DNA of 64,000 nucleotides from a virus (IMGVR_UViG_2861452123_000001:13139-77138), one strand, 5' to 3'; shown: positions 1-7,338, numbered from the stretch's first letter. Notes: a model not told the origin generated them from the letters alone. A program made the numbers and translations.

Positions 1-458
1 TACATCTGCTCGTCTTCGTCGTGCTCGATGTCCAGCCGCATCACCCCTTGCACGAACTCAGTGGCGCAGTCGTTTCCAACGTGCAGCGTGTGATACAGCG
101 GCCGGTAGCCGTCGAAGTGGCGGTCGATCTGCAGCGGCAGGGAGGGCTTGCCCCAGTTGGCAGGGGTCACCGACTTGTCGTTGACGCTGTAGCGTGGGAC
201 ACCATCGGTGTGCCAGCCGGGGATCGCGGGCCACCACCCCGGCATCAGCATCGACACCTTCGTGTCCACGAACACATGCTTGTGCTTGCCGACGATGGGC
301 GCGGACTCCAACGCCTGACGCACCACCGGCCCGCCGAACAGGACAGCGTTGTGCAGGCTGGCGCGGCGCAGGTTCGGAGTCGCCTCCAGTAACTCGTAGT
401 CCACGTTGGCCTCAGGGCCCTCAACGGCGGGGTTCGTGTTGAACCAGTAGTAGCTCAT
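1..458 (-). CDS. Putative 2OG-Fe(II) dioxygenase-like protein (runs off the window edge)
   Basis: ATG at 458 overlaps the HNH stop; open to position 1; own translation MSYYWFNTNP...PAIPGWHTDGVPR...YHTLHVG gives an HxD...H pattern. Confidence 0.5.
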   Translation of the reverse strand, partial: MSYYWFNTNPAVEGPEANVDYELLEATPNLRRASLHNAVLFGGPVVRQALESAPIVGKHKHVFVDTKVSMLMPGWWPAIPGWHTDGVPRYSVNDKSVTPANWGKPSLPLQIDRHFDGYRPLYHTLHVGNDCATEFVQGVMRLDIEHDEDEQM

Positions 459-754
459 GCCGATACCTTCTCGCGCCCCTGTAATCGCAGCTCAGCACGC
501 ATGAGAGCGCCCTGACGGCAGGAGTGGTACTGGCAGTGCGGCTGGATATTGTTGCGGGCGTACGTGCCACCCTTGTGCGCCGGGATGATCCGGTCACAGA
601 ACATCGTCGTCAACGTGAGAACGGCCCCACACCCCTCCTCGGAGCATGGTGCCGTCTCGCCGTCGCCGAACTTGTCGAGCAGGAACTGTTTCCGTGCCCG
701 ACGCTGCGCTGAGCTGCCGCGCTCATTGCTGTTGCGGTGCCCTCGGTCCCTCAT
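455..754 (-). CDS. HNH endonuclease
   Basis: CSEEGC...DRIIPAHKGGTYARNNIQPHC; ATGA overlaps on both sides. Confidence 0.8.
   Translation of the reverse strand: MRDRGHRNSNERGSSAQRRARKQFLLDKFGDGETAPCSEEGCGAVLTLTTMFCDRIIPAHKGGTYARNNIQPHCQYHSCRQGALMRAELRLQGREKVSA
477..486 (+). promoter_or_regulatory. CCCTGTAATC motif copy (antisense to local genes, followed by GCAGCTCAG)
   Basis: Exact 10-mer, one of nine copies. Confidence 0.5.
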
Positions 755-1176
755 CGATGCACCGCTCGGATGACGAGCTTGGCGCTCTTGTAAACCAGGT
801 CGTTCGGGCTGCAGTCCAGCAGGTGAACGTCGACCGCCTTGGGATCGAAGTCCGGCGCACGCCGACCGTGGGGCCGGAAGATGATGCGCCCCGGCCGGAA
901 TGAGTGGCGGTCCAACGTGATGTCCTGATAGCTGGCGCGGTACGACACATCGTCGCTGCCCCAACGCACATGCGTGTTGAGGCACTCGCTGTGCGTGTGC
1001 TGCGCCATTCGCAGCGTCTCGCAGTCGAATACGACAATCTCACCTTGGCGGGCGTGAGAGACGGCCCGCTCCAGCAGCGTGTACGTCTTGCCGGACTGGC
1101 GGTCGCCGATGATCGTCATGCGCCGCTGATCGCCGCGCTTCGGATAGACGAAGTCCGGCAGTGGGTCGACGGTCAC
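751..1176 (-). CDS. Small P-loop NTPase-like protein
   Basis: Walker A-like GDRQSGKT followed by IVVFD; GTGA-coupled start. Confidence 0.6.
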   Translation of the reverse strand: MTVDPLPDFVYPKRGDQRRMTIIGDRQSGKTYTLLERAVSHARQGEIVVFDCETLRMAQHTHSECLNTHVRWGSDDVSYRASYQDITLDRHSFRPGRIIFRPHGRRAPDFDPKAVDVHLLDCSPNDLVYKSAKLVIRAVHR

Positions 1177-1271
1177 AGCAGCTCGTCCAACACGTTGACG
1201 CCGAAGTACGCGCCAACGATGACGAGGGTGGTCAGGCCCACGCCCCACCAGAAGTTCGGGTCGTAGATCAT
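1173..1271 (-). CDS. Small membrane protein
   Basis: MIYDPNFWWGVGLTTLVIVGAYFGV, one hydrophobic helix; coupled overlaps. Confidence 0.6.
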   Translation of the reverse strand: MIYDPNFWWGVGLTTLVIVGAYFGVNVLDELL

Positions 1272-1447
1272 TCGTCCAACACCATTCCGGCCGCACCGAA
1301 ACCAACTGCGCCAGCCCAGGATCCGCCGAGAACGTAGAAGAACCAATCCGGTGGCCAGGTCTGACCCCACAGGCCGATGCTTACGGCCAGCTCGAACACG
1401 CCCGCCGTCAAGCACAGGACGGACAGCAGCATCAGTACCTTGGTCAT
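1268..1447 (-). CDS. Membrane protein with two hydrophobic segments
   Basis: MTKVLMLLSVLCLTAGVFELAV...; ATGA overlaps. Confidence 0.65.
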   Translation of the reverse strand: MTKVLMLLSVLCLTAGVFELAVSIGLWGQTWPPDWFFYVLGGSWAGAVGFGAAGMVLDE

Positions 1448-1908
1448 GACGCCATCAGCTCGCGGTAGTCGAACTTCTCGCCGAGCGCCTGGTCGATGTC
1501 GACAGTCTCGGATCCGTCGAGGCCGACGCACTGATTGTTGTAGACGAGGGCGTACTTTGCGATCCGCGCCTCGCCGCGAACGAACTGCTGCCCGAACTCA
1601 GTGAGTCGCCAGAGCCCGCCACGTGAGGAGCCGTCCGGCTTCACCTCGGACGGATGGGCCTCGATGAGCCCCCAGAAGCGTGCCTTGACTTCGTCGCCCC
1701 TGCCGCCCCCCAGGTTCAATTCGCGCCCAAGGTCGGGGAAGTACACCCAACCGGCTCCCGCCTTGCGGTACATCGCCACCAGGAACCGCGCCGCCTGACC
1801 GGTGAGCTTGCGCCGGTACTCCTTCGCGAACTGGTCGCACACGGGGCAGGCCATGCCATCCGAGATGTGCCCAGCCAGTTCAGCTCTCGCCTCGGCCACT
1901 GTCGGCAT
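1444..1908 (-). CDS. Hypothetical protein (CPVC motif, possible winged helix)
   Basis: 154-aa ORF with phage-like codon use, coupled to rtcB. Confidence 0.7.
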   Translation of the reverse strand: MPTVAEARAELAGHISDGMACPVCDQFAKEYRRKLTGQAARFLVAMYRKAGAGWVYFPDLGRELNLGGGRGDEVKARFWGLIEAHPSEVKPDGSSRGGLWRLTEFGQQFVRGEARIAKYALVYNNQCVGLDGSETVDIDQALGEKFDYRELMAS

Positions 1909-3132
1909 CTACGTTCCCTTCACATTCATGACCTGGCGCAGCGTCGTGACGACTTCCACTAGGGGGTCCGCATCGGCCATCACCTGGTCGATGTCCTTGT
2001 ACGCGCCGGGGATCTCATCGATCCACTCATCGCCATGCCGGTACTCGATGCCCTCCATGGCTGCCGCGAGATCGTCAGCGGTGAACAGTTCCTTCGCCTT
2101 GGTCCGGCTGAACTTCCGACCAGCACCGTGCGGGGCAGAGAACAGTCCGGCCTCGTTGCCCTTCCCCCGCACCACGTACGACTTCGTGCCCATGGAGCCG
2201 GGGATAACACCCAGCTTCCCATCGTGGGCATCGATCGCTCCCTTGCGAGTGAGCCATACCCGTTGTCCCCCAATGGTTTCCGGTACGGTGTAGTTGTGGT
2301 GGCAGTTGATCCGGTCGATCTCGACGCGCTGTGGCTGCACACCCATCCACCAGGCGAACACCTGGACGAACCGGTCCATCATCTCGGCCCGGTTCAGGAA
2401 CGCGAACCGCTGCGCCCACTCCAGATCCTTGATGTAGCGGTCGAACTCAGGCGTGCCCTCTTCGAGGAATGCCAGATCACGGTTGGGGAGCTTGTAGTTC
2501 GCGCACTTGCAGTTCTCGATCGCGTGAGGCGCGACCTGCTTCTGGAGGCAGTACTCCGTGGCCACCTTGATGTGGCGCTGTGCGATCTTGTTGCCGACGC
2601 CACGGCTACCGCTGTGCAGGAACAGCCACACGTTGTCGTCGGCGTCCACACACAGCTCGATGAAGTGGTTACCGCCGCCGAGCGAGCCGAGCTGCTCCAT
2701 CCACTTCGGCGAGTGCGACAGATCCACGTCCAGCTTCTGCTGCAACTGGATCAGCTCTTCGTGCTTCGCCTTCGTGAACGTGAACCGCTGCAGCGTCTTG
2801 TTGTAGTTGCCGGGGCTGAGCGGGATGGCCTCCTCGACCTGGCGGCGCAACGATGCGAGGTCGAGGTGTGAGATCAGATCCCACTTGAACCGCGTGGCGA
2901 CGGCGATCATGCCGCAGCCGATGTCGACGCCGACCGCAGCAGGGATCACCGCACCCCTCGTCGGGATGACGGTGCCGACCGCAGATCCCTTGCCCGAGTG
3001 AGCATCCGGCATCAGTGCGACGTGCGGGTAGACGAACGGCATGCTCGCTGTTTCCTTCGCCTGCTCCACCGTGTTGTGGTCGATCATGCTGGCGAAGTTG
3101 ACGAGCTTCGGCGCGAGAGTTGTGGCGCTCAC
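1909..3132 (-). CDS. rtcB: RtcB RNA ligase
   Basis: MPDAHSG, GVDIGCGM, QLGSLGGGNHFIE, LHSGSRG, HHNY, RKGA, PGSMG, HGAGR, DEIPGAYK motifs. Confidence 0.97.
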   Translation of the reverse strand: MSATTLAPKLVNFASMIDHNTVEQAKETASMPFVYPHVALMPDAHSGKGSAVGTVIPTRGAVIPAAVGVDIGCGMIAVATRFKWDLISHLDLASLRRQVEEAIPLSPGNYNKTLQRFTFTKAKHEELIQLQQKLDVDLSHSPKWMEQLGSLGGGNHFIELCVDADDNVWLFLHSGSRGVGNKIAQRHIKVATEYCLQKQVAPHAIENCKCANYKLPNRDLAFLEEGTPEFDRYIKDLEWAQRFAFLNRAEMMDRFVQVFAWWMGVQPQRVEIDRINCHHNYTVPETIGGQRVWLTRKGAIDAHDGKLGVIPGSMGTKSYVVRGKGNEAGLFSAPHGAGRKFSRTKAKELFTADDLAAAMEGIEYRHGDEWIDEIPGAYKDIDQVMADADPLVEVVTTLRQVMNVKGT

Positions 3133-3500
3133 CGGACATCCCATTCCTTGGAATGCGCCTTGATGGCGTCCACGCATGCCCGCTTGCCGTCGATCAGGTA
3201 CGAGCTGACCCCCGACTGCCACTCGTAGCCCGTGAGGCCACGGATGTAGGCGATGGCGTCAGCCGTCGACAGGGGCTGCCCCCAGTCGCCGTCGGAACGG
3301 AAGTCCTCAAACGGCGACGGGCATGAACAACCGCTGTCCTCGCCGATCCGGTACGCCTTGCGCTTGGTGTCGTACAGGACGACGAGGGTGTCGAAGCTGT
3401 AGCAGGGTTCGGACTTCTCGAACTCGAAGACGAACTCCAGGTGCTCCAGGCCGTCGTGATACGACAGCCAATACGGGCGCTCGTACGTCTCGGCGCTCAC
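3129..3500 (-). CDS. Hypothetical protein (DSGCSCPSPFED family of actinophages)
   Basis: GTGA-coupled ORF; Cys motif. Confidence 0.7.
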   Translation of the reverse strand: MSAETYERPYWLSYHDGLEHLEFVFEFEKSEPCYSFDTLVVLYDTKRKAYRIGEDSGCSCPSPFEDFRSDGDWGQPLSTADAIAYIRGLTGYEWQSGVSSYLIDGKRACVDAIKAHSKEWDVR

Positions 3501-3700
3501 AGGGCGGCGTCCACTTCGACCATCGCCTGGACGATGTTGTCGCGGTACTGCTCCAGCTGAGCGCGGGACAGCTCCACGTACGTGTACTGGTTGCGGTTCA
3601 GTCGGACGCCGACCTCGTACGCGCCGGACGAGAGTGCTTGAACCCAAACCTCTTCGCCGTAGGAGGGACGGATGATCTTTGCGTCGTGGTGGTAGCCCAT
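3497..3700 (-). CDS. Hypothetical protein
   Basis: 67-aa coupled ORF. Confidence 0.65.
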   Translation of the reverse strand: MGYHHDAKIIRPSYGEEVWVQALSSGAYEVGVRLNRNQYTYVELSRAQLEQYRDNIVQAMVEVDAAL

Positions 3701-3701
3701 A

Positions 3702-3989
3702 TCAGACCCGTTTCAGTTCGTAGTTGCTGAGTGCTTGCACGACGGCCTTTGCAGCCGACTCGCCGCTGACCGACCCGACGAGGCTCCAGACCGTGTCGGC
3801 CACTGCCTGTCGGAGGGATTGCTGTTGGAGGTGGACCTGTCGATCGCGTAGCCACTCATCGACGGCGACCGCCTCGGGATTGCCGATCCACTTCGGACCG
3901 GTGCTCACGCGGGCGATCACCTCGCGGGCCAACACGATCTGTTCGTATGTTGGCCCGCTGGCGGCGATCTCGGTGGGGACAGTGCTCAT
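3702..3989 (-). CDS. Hypothetical protein
   Basis: 95-aa coupled ORF. Confidence 0.65.
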   Translation of the reverse strand: MSTVPTEIAASGPTYEQIVLAREVIARVSTGPKWIGNPEAVAVDEWLRDRQVHLQQQSLRQAVADTVWSLVGSVSGESAAKAVVQALSNYELKRV

Positions 3990-4109
3990 ATGCCTGTCAT
4001 CAGCGGCAGGAGGATGAGGAAGAAGATGATGATCCAGACGGCGGTCACACGCAGCTCCAAGCTGCGGCCATGAGAGCCAGGAACACGAAGGCGACGATGA
4101 AGAACGTCA

Positions 4110-4541
4110 TCAGCAGCCGCCGCTGCCCAGCGACGAGCCGATGAACCCACCCAGGAACGGGCCGAGGAATCCTCCACCGCCACCGGCAGATCCGCCACCG
4201 TAGTGGTTGATCGTGGTGCTGTTACCGCCGCTGGACGGCTTGGAGCTGGAGCCGCCACCGGATGGCTTGGAGCCTCCACCGGAGCCGCCCTTGGAGCCTC
4301 CACCGGACGAGCCATGGCTCCCGCCACCGCCACCGTGTGAGCCACCGCCGCCGCTGGAGTGTCCACCGCCGCCACCGCCGCCACCACCCTTGAGGGGAGG
4401 CGGGAGGAGCAGCGGGGCCGAGTACGACTGCAGCGCCACGGATTCCATTGCGCCGCAGGAGCTGGTCGAGTCGCAGCCGGTCATCAGGAGCGAGCCGGTC
4501 AGGGCCAGCGCGGGGAGGATGAGAAGGGGTTTCTTGGTCAT
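4110..4541 (-). CDS. Gly/Ser-rich lipoprotein
   Basis: Signal peptide with LMTGC lipobox, poly-G/S tract, C-terminal GGFLGPFLGGFIGSSLG. Confidence 0.75.
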   Translation of the reverse strand: MTKKPLLILPALALTGSLLMTGCDSTSSCGAMESVALQSYSAPLLLPPPLKGGGGGGGGGHSSGGGGSHGGGGGSHGSSGGGSKGGSGGGSKPSGGGSSSKPSSGGNSTTINHYGGGSAGGGGGFLGPFLGGFIGSSLGSGGC

Positions 4542-4560
4542 GTGAAATATGGTCACCCCG

Positions 4561-4570
4561 CCCTGTAATC
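4561..4570 (+). promoter_or_regulatory. CCCTGTAATC motif copy (followed by ACTGGTCAG)
   Basis: Exact 10-mer between the tRNA-operon terminator and the lipoprotein gene. Confidence 0.5.
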
Positions 4571-4582
4571 ACTGGTCAGGGC

Positions 4583-4617
4583 ACGAAAAAGCCCCCAGCT
4601 CTTACGAACTGGGGGCT
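4583..4617 (-). terminator. Intrinsic terminator of the tRNA operon
   Basis: AGCCCCCAG...CTGGGGGCT hairpin followed by TTTT. Confidence 0.85.
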
Positions 4618-4620
4618 GAC

Positions 4621-4693
4621 GTACTCGATGCGAGTATCGATCTCGCGCCTACAGATTGAGAATCTGGGATGCTTCCATTACACCAATCGAGCA
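4621..4693 (-). tRNA. tRNA-Glu(CTC)
   Basis: Cloverleaf, loop TT-CTC-AA, T loop ATCGATA. Confidence 0.8.
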
Positions 4694-4703
4694 TTGAAAC
4701 GAG

Positions 4704-4779
4704 CGCGGACAGCGGGATTTGAACCCGCGATCTCCACCGTGACAGGGTGGCGGGGACGGCCTGACTCCCCTATGCCTGC
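4704..4779 (-). tRNA. tRNA-Asp(GTC)
   Basis: CCACC-CTGTCAC-GGTGG arm, T loop TTCAAAT, G73. Confidence 0.9.
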
Positions 4780-4800
4780 ATGACTATTCAGTTATTGGAG

Positions 4801-4874
4801 TGGAGACGGTGAGAATCGAACTCGACCGCAGCAATCTTGCAAGGATCGCTCGCCCCCTTGGTACATGCGCCCCC
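4801..4874 (-). tRNA. tRNA-Ala(TGC)
   Basis: Loop CT-TGC-AA; G3:U70 pair; A73. Confidence 0.9.
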
Positions 4875-4877
4875 ATT

Positions 4878-4952
4878 GGCTCCCATGGCCGGAATCTCAC
4901 CGACGATCTCCGCGTAGACAGCGTGGCGGGTACTACTACCCTGCACAGGAGC
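4878..4952 (-). tRNA. Divergent second tRNA-Asp(GTC)-like gene
   Basis: Resembles the Asp gene at 4704; loop CT-GTC-TA; T loop TGAGATT. Confidence 0.55.
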
Positions 4953-4982
4953 GGGCAGTCACGCGTCACCGTGACTACTACC

Positions 4983-5060
4983 GGGCTGGAAGTCAGAATC
5001 GAACTGACGTAGTCCTACTTACTAGGTAGGTGCAAAGGGCCAACATTTGCAATTCCAGCC
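4983..5060 (-). tRNA. tRNA-Thr(AGT)
   Basis: CCTAC-CTAGTAA-GTAGG arm; perfect acceptor GGCTGGA/TCCAGCC. Confidence 0.8.
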
Positions 5061-5129
5061 TGACGCGGATGTGCTTCATATACACCACATCTAAGATGCC
5101 AGGCTTACGAACCTGGACCTTCCGCTAAG
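5061..5129 (-). ncRNA. Circularly permuted tRNA-like RNA 1 (YrlA-like topology)
   Basis: GCGGA-AGGT-[CCAGG TTCGTAAG CCTGG]-[CATC TTA GATG]-TG-[GTGT ATATGAA GCAC]-A-TCCGC. Confidence 0.7.
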
Positions 5130-5200
5130 TACCCAATGACCGAATTGAACAGTCGTCAACCGGGTGTAAACCGGCCGCTCTCCCATTGAGCTAATCGGGC
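5130..5200 (-). tRNA. tRNA-Val(TAC)
   Basis: GCCGG-TTTACAC-CCGGT arm; canonical D arm. Confidence 0.88.
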
Positions 5201-5265
5201 TTGAAAACCTGGCCTTGAGGCGCGTGCCCTAGAAGCGTTGCGCCACAGCGGGACAGGTGTTTACG

Positions 5266-5339
5266 AACTGGTAGCGGGATTCGAACCCGCACAACCTGTT
5301 TGGAAGACAGGGATGCTAACCGTTAAACATCACACCAGC
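5266..5339 (-). tRNA. tRNA-Gly(TCC)
   Basis: CCTGT-CTTCCAA-ACAGG arm; U73. Confidence 0.92.
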
Positions 5340-5340
5340 T

Positions 5341-5415
5341 TGGTACGGTCACCGGGTACTGCCCCCAGGTTTCCGTCTTATCAGGACGGCGTCCTTACTA
5401 TTGGACGATGACCGA
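5341..5415 (-). tRNA. tRNA-Ile(GAT)
   Basis: CCGTC-CTGATAA-GACGG arm; encoded ACCA; T loop GGCAGTA. Confidence 0.85.
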
Positions 5416-5416
5416 G

Positions 5417-5489
5417 TGGGTTGCCTGGGATTTGAACCCAGAACTGACACGTTAAGAGCGTGCGGTGATATCCGTTTCACCAACAACCC
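5417..5489 (-). tRNA. tRNA-Lys(CTT)
   Basis: GCACG-CTCTTAA-CGTGT arm; canonical T loop. Confidence 0.92.
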
Positions 5490-5790
5490 ATTGTTGTTGC
5501 CGCAGCTGACGATTCGCTGCGGCGATCTTGCGTACTTCGTTGCGGACGTGCTCGTCGCCTGGGTAGTTCGCCAGGTGCTCGGCTTGCGCCTTCCGCTGCT
5601 CGGCGTCGATGTTGGGCAGATCCTTGCCCAACCAGCACGCCCAGTTGAGGTTCTCATCGGTCAGCTCGACGTTCTGGCCAGCCGCCACGGCGGCGTTGTA
5701 CAGCTCGTCGTACTGCCGATTCCACTCAAGCTCCGCGTCACACAGCGGGCGGGTCATGGCCCAGACTTCGCGGAGGTTTGTGAGGCCCAT
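5452..5790 (-). CDS. Hypothetical protein inside the tRNA operon (3' end overlaps tRNA-Lys)
   Basis: AAGGAC RBS; phage-like codons. Confidence 0.65.
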   Translation of the reverse strand: MGLTNLREVWAMTRPLCDAELEWNRQYDELYNAAVAAGQNVELTDENLNWACWLGKDLPNIDAEQRKAQAEHLANYPGDEHVRNEVRKIAAANRQLRQQQWVVGETDITARS

Positions 5791-5813
5791 CGGTCCCGTC
5801 CTTCGTTGTTGCG

Positions 5814-5887
5814 TAGGTCACCCGAGAGTCGAACTCGGAAACTCTGCAGTCTGAGTGCAGTGGCTTTGCCAGTTTGCCCAGTGACCC
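5814..5887 (-). tRNA. tRNA-Leu(CAG) with short variable loop
   Basis: CTGCA-CTCAGAC-TGCAG arm; variable region only AGTTT; A73. Confidence 0.85.
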
Positions 5888-5888
5888 A

Positions 5889-5948
5889 TGGTGGCTGCCC
5901 GGTAGCCTGAACCCCTGTGAGCGCCAATGCCACCGACCGGCGGCAGCC
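5889..5948 (-). ncRNA. 60-nt hairpin RNA with acceptor-like stem and ACCA end
   Basis: GGCTGCC/GGCAGCC + ACCA; inner CGGTGGC/GCTACCG stem. Confidence 0.5.
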
Positions 5949-6004
5949 GTACTTTCGTGTCAGGGCACCTGGGCCTGAGCACGACCGGGTCCAGGTGCCC
6001 CTTG

Positions 6005-6075
6005 AGTGCCCGCCGCGATTCGAACGCGGGTGACTGGGGTTGCAGCCCAGCGCCTTGCCTCTCGGCCACGGTCAC
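6005..6075 (-). tRNA. tRNA-Cys(GCA)
   Basis: CTGGG-CTGCAAC-CCCAG arm; U73. Confidence 0.92.
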
Positions 6076-6078
6076 AAG

Positions 6079-6153
6079 TGGGGTGGTCGGCCGGTACTGA
6101 CCCGGCGTCGTCGCCGTTCACAGCGCGTGGCTCTACCTTTGAGCTACGACCAC
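6079..6153 (-). tRNA. tRNA-His(GTG)
   Basis: Loop CT-GTG-AA; C73 + CCA; weak anticodon stem; T loop GTCAGTA; T at position -1. Confidence 0.72.
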
Positions 6154-6155
6154 AG

Positions 6156-6228
6156 CACCGCTGACACGATTCGAACGTGCATTTGTGCGCCTTCGTAGGG
6201 CGGTGGGCCTCCGTTGCCCAACAGCGGT
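6156..6228 (-). tRNA. tRNA-Arg(ACG)
   Basis: CGCC-CTACGAA-GGCG arm; canonical T loop. Confidence 0.88.
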
Positions 6229-6253
6229 AGTGAGGCTTACGCCTCGTTGCAGA

Positions 6254-6496
6254 TTAATCCGCGCTGGTTGCCTCGGTGGCGGGCGTTTCGGCCACCGCTG
6301 GCACCTTCTTCGCTGGAGCCTTCTTCGGGGCCGCAGCGGGCTGCTCAGCGTCTTCGATCACTGCGTCGGTCTCGATCACGCCCGTCAGTGGCACCAGGCC
6401 AACCGCAAGGATGAGCTGCTCGATGAGTTCCGCGTGTTCGTTGATCGTGTCCGCTACGGCCTTGTCGATTCGTCCTGTGCTGACTCGTAGTGCCAC
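6254..6496 (-). CDS. Small hypothetical protein with Ala/Pro/Lys-rich tail, inside the tRNA operon
   Basis: GGAGG RBS + GTG; APKKAPAKK segment. Confidence 0.7.
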   Translation of the reverse strand: MALRVSTGRIDKAVADTINEHAELIEQLILAVGLVPLTGVIETDAVIEDAEQPAAAPKKAPAKKVPAVAETPATEATSAD

Positions 6497-6542
6497 TTGT
6501 TCCTCCGATTTGTGTTGTCCGATGCGGCCGCAAAGGACATCG

Positions 6543-6613
6543 TGGCGCAGACGGGATTCGAACCCGTAAAACTGGCTTATGAAACCAGGGTGATTCCGTT
6601 TCACTACCGCGCT
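6543..6613 (-). tRNA. tRNA-Met(CAT) (A1xC72 mismatch)
   Basis: CTGGT-TTCATAA-GCCAG arm; canonical T loop. Confidence 0.85.
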
Positions 6614-6760
6614 GCAGCCGCAGGACGTTTAACGTCCGCTGCGGCACGGACGGGTGTGGAGTGATATGGGGACGGGCGTTGTCCACGGCAACCCTGTAGC
6701 CGTCAGCGTCTTTCACCGGGGACGCAGAGACCGGCACCTACCTAACAACTTTGAGTGGCT

Positions 6761-6934
6761 CTAGGCCGCTATGACAGTGCCGTCCGGTAGGTGCGCCTTC
6801 AGGTCACTCAGTGGAAAGATCCGGCCGGTGAAGTACGTGCCCTCTGGCCATCGTGCCGCTGTCGTGGTTGGTCGGTCCCAGAGCTTCTCGTTGGAGAACA
6901 TTGGGTCGTCCCACCACTGCTTCTCATCTATCAC
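6761..6934 (-). CDS. Possible 57-aa protein starting directly after tRNA-Phe
   Basis: Own translation VIDEKQWWDDPMFSNEKLWDRP...DGTVIAA*; no RBS. Confidence 0.4.
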   Translation of the reverse strand: MIDEKQWWDDPMFSNEKLWDRPTTTAARWPEGTYFTGRIFPLSDLKAHLPDGTVIAA

Positions 6935-6935
6935 G

Positions 6936-7007
6936 CCGTGATGCCTGGAGCCGAACCAGGGCCTTCGGGTTTTCAGGCCGACGCTCTTCCAACTGAGCTA
7001 CAACACG
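6936..7007 (-). tRNA. tRNA-Phe(GAA)
   Basis: Loop CT-GAA-AA; canonical D arm. Confidence 0.85.
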
Positions 7008-7022
7008 ATTGGTTCCTCTGTT

Positions 7023-7242
7023 GTTGACGCTGCGAGGCACTCGGGACCGCGAATCCCGATCAGCGGGCGCCCTAACCCCGACACCCAGGGAGTCCCCCTA
7101 TTCCGCTGACCCACGTCAGTTTGGGACCACTGATCTGCGTGGAGGTTGGGGGGCCGATATTCCTACGCGCCTCGGCTTAACGCGAACTGGGGTGCCTCCG
7201 CGACGGCGCGTACGGTTCCTTGCAATCGAAGTCACCGTCAAC
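7023..7242 (-). ncRNA. ~220-nt structured RNA of unknown class
   Basis: Terminal stem GTTGACG/CGTCAAC; internal TACGCGCC/GGCGCGTA, CTGAC/GTCAG and TCGGGA/TCCCGA stems. Confidence 0.5.
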
Positions 7243-7249
7243 CCAAGCG

Positions 7250-7333
7250 CGGAGAGGAGTGGGCACGATCCACACGGCTGGGCCGCAAGCTGATTAGCAA
7301 TCAGTTCCCGCCACCTGGCGGGCTCCACTCTCC
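7250..7333 (-). tRNA. tRNA-Ser(GCT)
   Basis: Loop TT-GCT-AA; long variable arm; G73; T loop ATCGTGC. Confidence 0.85.
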
Positions 7334-7338
7334 AAAGT

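Noticed and set aside
4200-4400. GGC/GGT repeats resembling a repeat array or CRISPR
   Set aside because: Explained by the poly-Gly coding tract; no spacer structure
5201-5265. Hairpin with a TT-CTA-GG loop suggesting an amber-suppressor or Pyl tRNA
   Set aside because: Only 2 bp close the loop; no D arm, T arm or acceptor geometry
6690-6740. GAAA and CTGAC segments resembling a hammerhead ribozyme core
   Set aside because: CUGANGA is not intact and the NUH cleavage triplet is not positioned correctly
7023-7242. Canonical Ro60-binding Y RNA
   Set aside because: The bulged-C GUCCGA/UUGAC helix is absent and no Ro60 gene is seen in the window
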